A stretch of DNA of 64,000 nucleotides, taken from positions 32,001-96,000 of IMG/VR virus record IMGVR_UViG_3300040856_003274. One strand, given 5' to 3'. Shown piece by piece: positions 58,333-64,000 of the stretch. The stretch comes from a virus. Below the pieces are notes generated by a model. The model made no database searches. It was not told where the DNA came from and worked only from the letters and a program-made list of their open reading frames with translations. Numbering within the stretch: position 1 is the stretch's first letter; every line of letters starts with the position of its first letter. Position numbers and translations under genes: made by a program.

Positions 58333-59891
58333 GGGAGAAACTTGGCGAAGTTTTCGCTAAACAACCTTGAGAGCTTCTCTGCCTCACAAATATATTCTTC
58401 TCTGCTAGCCCATGCTTTAACTGGGTCTAATGTTAGGGAAACTCCCTCAATGTTTAACGGGTAGTTAAGACTAAACACAGGGTCTGCCCCTGTCTCACAG
58501 TCTCTAAGAGCCCCTGCTAGGATCGCGCTGATAATCTTTCTTGTCTCTCTCAGAGAGATGCGCTCCGCGCCACTAGAAGCACTTGCGCCCGACCATCCCG
58601 TATTAACCAAGTAAGCCTGAGCGCCGTGTGTCTCTAACTTTTGTTTGAGAAGCTCAGCATACCTTAACGGGTGCAGAGGTAAGAAAGGCCCTCCGAAGCA
58701 AGGAGAGAAAGTAGCTTTGGGCTCTGTTACACCCAACTCCGTACCTGCGATCTTAGCGGTGTAGCCACTGATGAAATGATACATCGCTTGCTCAGGAGAC
58801 AACACGCTTACAGGAGGCAGGACACCAAAAGCGTCACAGGTTAAGAAAATGACCGCTTCAGGATGCCCTGCCATGCTTGGCAAGCCTCTCGACGCTAGAG
58901 AGCTTTCAATAAACTCGATGGGGTAAGAAACACGCGTGTTCTGTGTCTTAGAGGTGTCTCTGTAATCTACCTCTCTTGAAGCCTCATCAAGCACGACGTT
59001 TTCAAGCTGAGCGCCGAAGCGGATCGCGTTATAAATGAGAGGCTCATCTTCTGCGCTGAGGTCAATCACTTTAGCATAACAGCCCCCCTCAAAGTTAAAC
59101 ACACCCTCATCACTCCAACCGTGTTCGTCATCGCCCACTAAAAGCCTCTCAGGGTCATTTGAGAGGGTAGTCTTGCCTGTACCACTCAAACCAAAGAAAA
59201 GGGCGCTAGAGCCTGTTTTGAGGTCTACATTACAGGAGCTGTGCATGGGGAGCACTCCCTTGAGGGGGAGCAGGTAGTTTAAGACTGAGAAAATCCCTTT
59301 CTTCATCTCACCGCCATACTCCGTACCTCCGATGAGCGCCACGCTTTTTCCTAGATGGAAAGCGACGAATGTCTCTGAGTGCATCCCTGACGCTTTGTAG
59401 TTAGCGTTCTTCACTGCTGAGGCATTAACGATGGTGAAGTCGGGCTCAAACCCTTCAAGCTCTTCAGAGGTAGCTTGGATGAACATATTAGAGACAAAGT
59501 GAGCTTGCCACGCGAGTTTTGCGATCACCCTAACCTTAATGCGGTGTTTTGGGTCAGCTCCTGCGAACCCTTCAAAAACGTATGTCGGTTTGCTTGTAGT
59601 AGCGTCATATTCAGAGCAGACGAGATCGTAAAGCTCCTTGAAAGTTTCTTCAGAGATCGGCTGGTTTACCTCGCCCCACCATATCTCGTCTTTTGATCCA
59701 TGCTCTTCGACAAAGTATTTATCTTTAGGGGAGCGTCCCGTGTATTTACCCGTATCAACTGCGATTGCCCCTGACTTCGTAAGTACACCTTTCTTCTCTG
59801 AGAGGTTTGCTTCTACTAGAAGAGGGGTACTCAAGTTGTACCGAGTCTCGCTTCCAAGATTAACACGATGGATATACTCATTAGGGGTCAT
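58329..59891 (-). CDS. pckA: Phosphoenolpyruvate carboxykinase (ATP)
   Basis: TGRSPKDK, GTEYGGEMKKGIF, FFGLSGTGKTTLS, GDDEHGW, NFEGGCYAK, DAFGVLPP; ATG 59891 follows AAGGAG. Confidence 0.96.
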   Translation of the reverse strand: MTPNEYIHRVNLGSETRYNLSTPLLVEANLSEKKGVLTKSGAIAVDTGKYTGRSPKDKYFVEEHGSKDEIWWGEVNQPISEETFKELYDLVCSEYDATTSKPTYVFEGFAGADPKHRIKVRVIAKLAWQAHFVSNMFIQATSEELEGFEPDFTIVNASAVKNANYKASGMHSETFVAFHLGKSVALIGGTEYGGEMKKGIFSVLNYLLPLKGVLPMHSSCNVDLKTGSSALFFGLSGTGKTTLSNDPERLLVGDDEHGWSDEGVFNFEGGCYAKVIDLSAEDEPLIYNAIRFGAQLENVVLDEASREVDYRDTSKTQNTRVSYPIEFIESSLASRGLPSMAGHPEAVIFLTCDAFGVLPPVSVLSPEQAMYHFISGYTAKIAGTELGVTEPKATFSPCFGGPFLPLHPLRYAELLKQKLETHGAQAYLVNTGWSGASASSGAERISLRETRKIISAILAGALRDCETGADPVFSLNYPLNIEGVSLTLDPVKAWASREEYICEAEKLSRLFSENFAKFLP

Positions 59892-60063
59892 AACGTCTCC
59901 TTTATTTATTAAATACTTACAGAGCATATCGAAGGATATGCTGCGCTTCGTTATGTAAAAAAACAACAGTATTATGGCTACCTTTTCTCTCTCGTAGTGT
60001 AGAGGTTTTGCAGGAGCTTTTCTTGCACTACACTACCTATTTTCCGAATGGAGGGAAAATAAT

Positions 60064-61065
60064 ATGGCTACAATGAGTTTTGGTGAGAACAACGCGGCAC
60101 ACGGTAAGTGGAATGTGTTCACAACTATGTTGAGCGTCGAGGACTTGATCGAGTTACTTTCTAAGAATGTCTCCCCTAACGAAGAGATTTGGAAGACTGA
60201 CTTTTACAGCGGTAATAAGAAAGCAGGAGTGACCGCGCTTCAACGCGAACCAACAGCATCTCGTATTGACCCTCTCAAGCGTTATATCGAGAGCAATATC
60301 GTGGATGACAATGCTGTGTTTGCAGGGGCGCTCCCTGCGCTATCCGTGGCTGTGATGGGTGATCTTAAGCCTTCTCCTAACGGCGGTATTATCGTTAAGT
60401 GGGATAACGACTTTAAGGCTGTCCTCGTTGACGGTATGGGGCGCTATTCTTCACTCTCGGCGCTCTTCGCGAGTGATCGTAAGAAATATAACATTAACGT
60501 ACCTGTAACCTTTTACACGATGGAGGGTCTTGAAGAGGACGGGTGTCGTCAAATCCTGCATGACTTTAACCGTTATGCGACAACCATGCGCCCTGTGTCT
60601 GCGTCTCAGTTTGATAGCAACGACATCTTGCGCCCCTTTGCAGATAGCTTGTATGAGAAGCTCACGCAAGCAGGTTTCCGTGTCTCTAAAGGACACATGG
60701 CGAACGCGTCTTATATGTTTTATACATCGACAGACCGCTTCTACTCCGCGACTAAGGAGACAAAGAACAGGAAGCACCTGTTAACGGCTGAAGTCGTCAA
60801 TGACAAGGGCGATGTAGATACAATCGCTCAGTGGGTTGTCGATTGCATCAATATCCCTTCTGCCAAGAAGAATAAGCTCAAGGCGACAACTGTGCAGAAC
60901 CTCTTGCATGGGTTAAGCCAGGTGCGTGGGGTTTCCGCTAGCGATGTTCGGGTAGACTTCACAAAGCCTTTCGTGAGCACTTTAGGGTGGAATGACTCGC
61001 TCCGCGTTAAAGATCAGTTTGACCGTAACCAACGTCTGCTCAATCTCCGCACTTTCGCACCCTAA
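60064..61065 (+). CDS. DndB/DGQHR-like (ParB superfamily) protein
   Basis: LQREPTASRIDPLKRYI, LPAL, LVDGMGR (variant of IDGQHR), RQILHDFN. Confidence 0.6.
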   Translation: MATMSFGENNAAHGKWNVFTTMLSVEDLIELLSKNVSPNEEIWKTDFYSGNKKAGVTALQREPTASRIDPLKRYIESNIVDDNAVFAGALPALSVAVMGDLKPSPNGGIIVKWDNDFKAVLVDGMGRYSSLSALFASDRKKYNINVPVTFYTMEGLEEDGCRQILHDFNRYATTMRPVSASQFDSNDILRPFADSLYEKLTQAGFRVSKGHMANASYMFYTSTDRFYSATKETKNRKHLLTAEVVNDKGDVDTIAQWVVDCINIPSAKKNKLKATTVQNLLHGLSQVRGVSASDVRVDFTKPFVSTLGWNDSLRVKDQFDRNQRLLNLRTFAP

Positions 61066-61080
61066 TAAGAAAAGCTGGAA

Positions 61081-61201
61081 GTCCCGACAGAAAAGCCCCC
61101 ACCGCCCAACCTGTTAAAAGCAGGTTAGAACGGCGGGGGCTTTTGCTTAGTCTCTACCATCCGATCTGCACTAGGGCATCTCAGAGGGTAGAGGCTTAAG
61201 G
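61081..61201 (-). terminator. Two adjacent hairpin elements closing island 4
   Basis: 61146-61201 CTCTACC..TGCCCTAGTGCA..GGTAGAG, then 61081-61146 AAAAGCCCCC..GGGGGCTTTTCTGTCGGGAC. Confidence 0.75.
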
Positions 61202-61230
61202 TTTACAACATCAGCTTTTCGGGTGTGCTA

Positions 61231-61815
61231 CTACAGGATTACGACCGCATGAGGGTCGTCAATCTTGTAGGTTCTGTATTGCTCGGTGAGGAGCTTTCCG
61301 CGTGTTCGGATCACGCTCTTGAGCGCGTCTTTGACATACGTCAGACGACGCTTATTTGGAGCGGGCGGGTCTTGATCCTTAACGACAATCGAGCTTGAGA
61401 GCTTCCTACCTCTCAGGTAGAAGGACCCGTTGTGCTCTGTGAAGTTAATCCCGTTGATGATAACACTATTGCCCCATGTTACTTGGGGTTGAAGGTCGTT
61501 TGCGGTGAGCACAAGGCTCTCTAGCACACCTTTAGTGCGAACCTTGGAGGCGCGGTCGCCAATGAAGGCTACCGCCCACTCCTCATCGCTACAAGGCGCG
61601 TGACCCTGTGCGACGAGGATCGCGTCTGTCTCAGCGCGTACTGCTACAGCATCTGCTTGGATGCTTTGCAGATGCGCTAAGTCTTTCTCAGCGTCACCCT
61701 TGTAATCGGGTGAGAGATCTAGACTAACCTTAACGACGTGCTGTCCATATCGGACTTTAGAGCCCGCCTTACCGCGCTCGACTCCCTTTAGCTGTGTTTG
61801 AAAAGTCACGATCAT
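61231..61815 (-). CDS. Hypothetical protein (island 4)
   Basis: AGGAG RBS following a hairpin element. Confidence 0.7.
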   Translation of the reverse strand: MIVTFQTQLKGVERGKAGSKVRYGQHVVKVSLDLSPDYKGDAEKDLAHLQSIQADAVAVRAETDAILVAQGHAPCSDEEWAVAFIGDRASKVRTKGVLESLVLTANDLQPQVTWGNSVIINGINFTEHNGSFYLRGRKLSSSIVVKDQDPPAPNKRRLTYVKDALKSVIRTRGKLLTEQYRTYKIDDPHAVVIL

Positions 61816-61860
61816 GTGACAACTCCTGTAATGTTAAGGGGCTCGTAATGAGCCTCTGTT

Positions 61861-61952
61861 TAAGATTAAGGAAGTCTCAGAGACTCCCGACACCTCAAGC
61901 CCTCACCTCCTAAACTGCTTAGAGCAGAATAGGTGGTGAGGGTTAAGGTGTT
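61861..61952 (-). repeat. Intercistronic double-hairpin element
   Basis: ACACCTTAACCCTCACC...GGTGAGGGCTTGAGGTGT-CGGGAGTCTCTGAGACTTCC-TTAATCTTA. Confidence 0.85.
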
Positions 61953-61962
61953 GGCCTTATTA

Positions 61963-62337
61963 TTAGCGGTAAAGATCGACCATAGCGAGCACAACAAAGA
62001 TGTAGAGCGCCTGATAAGCGTCCTTGTCGCTAAGAGCGCTGAGACGCTCAGCGTGCTCAGGGGTCACGTCGCTATACTCGCCATCAAGTCCTCCGAGCCA
62101 CTCGATAAGCGTGTCTTGAGGATAGTGTCTTGTATCCATAGACATGATCTCGTTTACGCAATCATAGACCACATAATCGTTACCGTACCAATCTATGCCC
62201 ACAAGAGCCTCCCACTGCTCGTAAGGTGGAGGTGCGGTCTTGCTCTTCATTTCGTGTATGAGGCGCAGGTTGATGTTGCCGACTTTGGTCTTAAGACCTT
62301 GAAGCGCGTACTTGCGCTGTCCGTTGTGTGTAGCCAT
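61963..62337 (-). CDS. Hypothetical protein (island 4)
   Basis: GGAG RBS directly downstream of the promoter box. Confidence 0.7.
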   Translation of the reverse strand: MATHNGQRKYALQGLKTKVGNINLRLIHEMKSKTAPPPYEQWEALVGIDWYGNDYVVYDCVNEIMSMDTRHYPQDTLIEWLGGLDGEYSDVTPEHAERLSALSDKDAYQALYIFVVLAMVDLYR

Positions 62338-62394
62338 TGGTTATCTCCAAGTGTGGCTGTTATGGGGAACGGTATTGCCCCCCTATACCTACTC

Positions 62395-62418
62395 TACGGA
62401 TTACTTTTTTCCCCCGAC
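62395..62418 (-). promoter_or_regulatory. 24-bp conserved promoter-like box
   Basis: Exact copy. Confidence 0.8.
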
Positions 62419-62439
62419 ATTTAGGCCGAGAGCGCACTG

Positions 62440-62530
62440 GCGTGTGCGCGTACCCATGCGCGTGTGCGCGTACCCATGCGCGTATGCGCGTACCCATGCG
62501 CGTATGCGCGTACCCATGCGCGTATGCGCG
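62440..62530. repeat. 20-bp tandem repeat CGT(G/A)TGCGCGTACCCATGCG x4.5
   Basis: Read directly; mostly alternating purine-pyrimidine. Confidence 0.9.
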
Positions 62531-62540
62531 GTAATATTAA

Positions 62541-62583
62541 CGTATAGAATTGAGACATTTAATCGGTTTGTTAATTCTATATG
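62541..62583. promoter_or_regulatory. Central inverted-repeat hub
   Basis: CGTATAGAATT-N21-AATTCTATATG. Confidence 0.8.
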
Positions 62584-62624
62584 TGTGCTATGCGGGCGCG
62601 TGCGTATCGAGCGTGAGCCTTAAT

Positions 62625-62648
62625 GTCGGGGGAAAAAAGTAATCCGTA
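62625..62648 (+). promoter_or_regulatory. 24-bp conserved promoter-like box
   Basis: Exact copy. Confidence 0.8.
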
Positions 62649-62719
62649 ATGTTATTAGAGAGGGGGGACAATCTTCCCTAACATTAACCGACCTAGGGTC
62701 GTTACATGAGGAGCTACGC

Positions 62720-62998
62720 ATGAAAGCGCAACTCAAAACACTTGCTACACTTTTCCTGATGGTTGTTTCAGCAACAACCATTATCGTGCATAAATATCGG
62801 GAGTACGCCGACAGTGACGCGCACACTTGTGTTGAAGCGTACCGCACTAGCGGTCACGCCCACATCAAGTTTAAAAGTGTTTCGCACCATTACAATTGGT
62901 GCGACTTGCACATTAACGATTGGTATGAGTTATCAGTACCAATCGTCCAGATCAAAGCTGACGAGATCCGAGCCCGTAAGGGATATGTGAGCAAGTAA
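62720..62998 (+). CDS. Small exported or membrane-anchored protein (island 4)
   Basis: GAGGAG RBS; N-terminal hydrophobic helix; two Cys. Confidence 0.7.
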   Translation: MKAQLKTLATLFLMVVSATTIIVHKYREYADSDAHTCVEAYRTSGHAHIKFKSVSHHYNWCDLHINDWYELSVPIVQIKADEIRARKGYVSK

Positions 62999-63017
62999 AC
63001 CTAAACCTTAACCCTCA

Positions 63018-63107
63018 CCTTAACCCTCACCCTCTGAGATGCCCTAGTGCAGATCAGAAGGTGAGGGCTTGAGGTGTCGGGAGTCCTCGCGACTCCCTTA
63101 ACCTTAA
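63018..63107 (+). repeat. Intercistronic double-hairpin element
   Basis: Near-identical to the reverse complement of 25505-25593. Confidence 0.85.
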
Positions 63108-63148
63108 ACGTGGGCTCATTACGAGTCCTAACCTTACAGGAGAGTAGC

Positions 63149-63505
63149 ATGAGCGCGACCTTCGATAAGCCAAATGATCCTCATCGTGTCGTCTTAGACG
63201 ACGAGGGCAATCCCCTCTCGGAGGACACTATCGTATATGTGTCTCTGTATACTACAGTGCGCCTCTATGGAGGCCCTGAAGAGGGTGGTTGGTGGTATAA
63301 CCACCACGATTTATCTCTTACAATCCCTGTGCGCAACCGCGCTGAGGAGATCGCAAAGCTCCACGATTATATGGAGCAATACGCTACTGAGCAGGAGTTG
63401 TTCGGTGGCGATATATACTCCGTTTGCGGAGGGCAAGAGGCGTGGAGTTGCGTGGAGGCCCGCCCAGGGGAGTCTCAAACTACAGAGCGCCCACGATACG
63501 AGTGA
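63149..63505 (+). CDS. Hypothetical phage protein (YGGPEEGGWWY motif)
   Basis: AGGAG RBS before ATG 63149. Confidence 0.75.
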   Translation: MSATFDKPNDPHRVVLDDEGNPLSEDTIVYVSLYTTVRLYGGPEEGGWWYNHHDLSLTIPVRNRAEEIAKLHDYMEQYATEQELFGGDIYSVCGGQEAWSCVEARPGESQTTERPRYE

Positions 63506-63529
63506 TCAACAACCCTTCATCAAGGCTTA

Positions 63530-63598
63530 ACACCTCAAACCCTCACCTTCTGATCTGCTTTAAGCAGTTTAGACGGTGGGGGTTTAAGTGTCGGGAGT
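63530..63598 (+). repeat. Hairpin element closing island 4
   Basis: AAACCCTCACC..CTGCTTTAAGCAG..GGTGGGGGTTT..GTGTCGGGAG. Confidence 0.8.
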
Positions 63599-63644
63599 TT
63601 AAATATTTCTTTTGTAATCTTACTCACACAGAGGAGGTGCTACC

Positions 63645-64000
63645 ATGTTAGACCCGAAACACCTAGTAGACTTATACTTAACCAAGACCGCAGGCAAGAA
63701 ACCTAAGCGAGCTGTGCCTAGTAAGTACACGAAAGGCTTACCTAAGAGCGTAAAAGAGAAGCGCGAGGGTCAGATTAGAAATAGATTAAAAGGCAAGGCT
63801 AAGGACATATATAAACCTTTAGCAGGTGATAATGTTAAGACGAAACCTTCTCAATACAGTAAAACTAAGTTTGCTGAGAAGGTGCGCGAGGAGATGACAA
63901 GCAACACGAAAGACGGTTTCTTATCAGCCGCGAGTAAAGTCTCAGGTATCTCTAAAGCGATATTGACTCAAGTGCATGAGCGAGGCTCAAAGGCATGGGC
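63645..64000 (+). CDS. Basic protein, DUF5824-like, 3'-truncated
   Basis: GAGGAGG RBS; translation MLDPKHLVDLYLTKTAGKKPKRAVPSKY...SGISKAILTQVHERGSKAW; family recalled, not searched. Confidence 0.55.
   Translation, partial: MLDPKHLVDLYLTKTAGKKPKRAVPSKYTKGLPKSVKEKREGQIRNRLKGKAKDIYKPLAGDNVKTKPSQYSKTKFAEKVREEMTSNTKDGFLSAASKVSGISKAILTQVHERGSKAW

Overview
This window reads as part of a large (jumbo-type) myovirus genome, standard genetic code; a Gram-negative host is inferred from an outer-membrane beta-barrel, a lipoprotein and a spanin-like gene. Recognisable genes: a 5'-truncated, very large tail sheath, glmM, a GlmU uridyltransferase-only protein, tdk-folA-thyA, ClpP-like protease, SLT transglycosylase, topoisomerase IB, class III cyclase, DUF481 barrel, Fe/Mn SOD, PIN-PhoH, vWA plus MoxR-like AAA, ATP-PEPCK and a DndB/DGQHR-like protein. 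Four unexplained layers stand out. (1) Six genes are built from 27 copies of a WGxPxKPNxW motif heading variable ~100-135 aa domains. Every internal junction carries [KR][VILY]A[SN], and similar motifs split unrelated multidomain proteins, suggesting protease-processed polyprotein libraries. (2) Four small-gene islands are built from an exact 24-bp promoter-like box (8 copies), an inverted-repeat hub with a 21-bp asymmetric core, alternating purine-pyrimidine tracts and ~13 covarying hairpins mostly ending in TGTCGGGA. (3) A 7.3-kb non-coding, single-polarity multi-motif array lies at 45.6-53 kb. (4) A helically phased CAAATTAATTTG palindrome array lies at an apparent GC-skew switch at 21.3-21.5 kb. 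Family assignments come from motif recognition by eye, not database searches.
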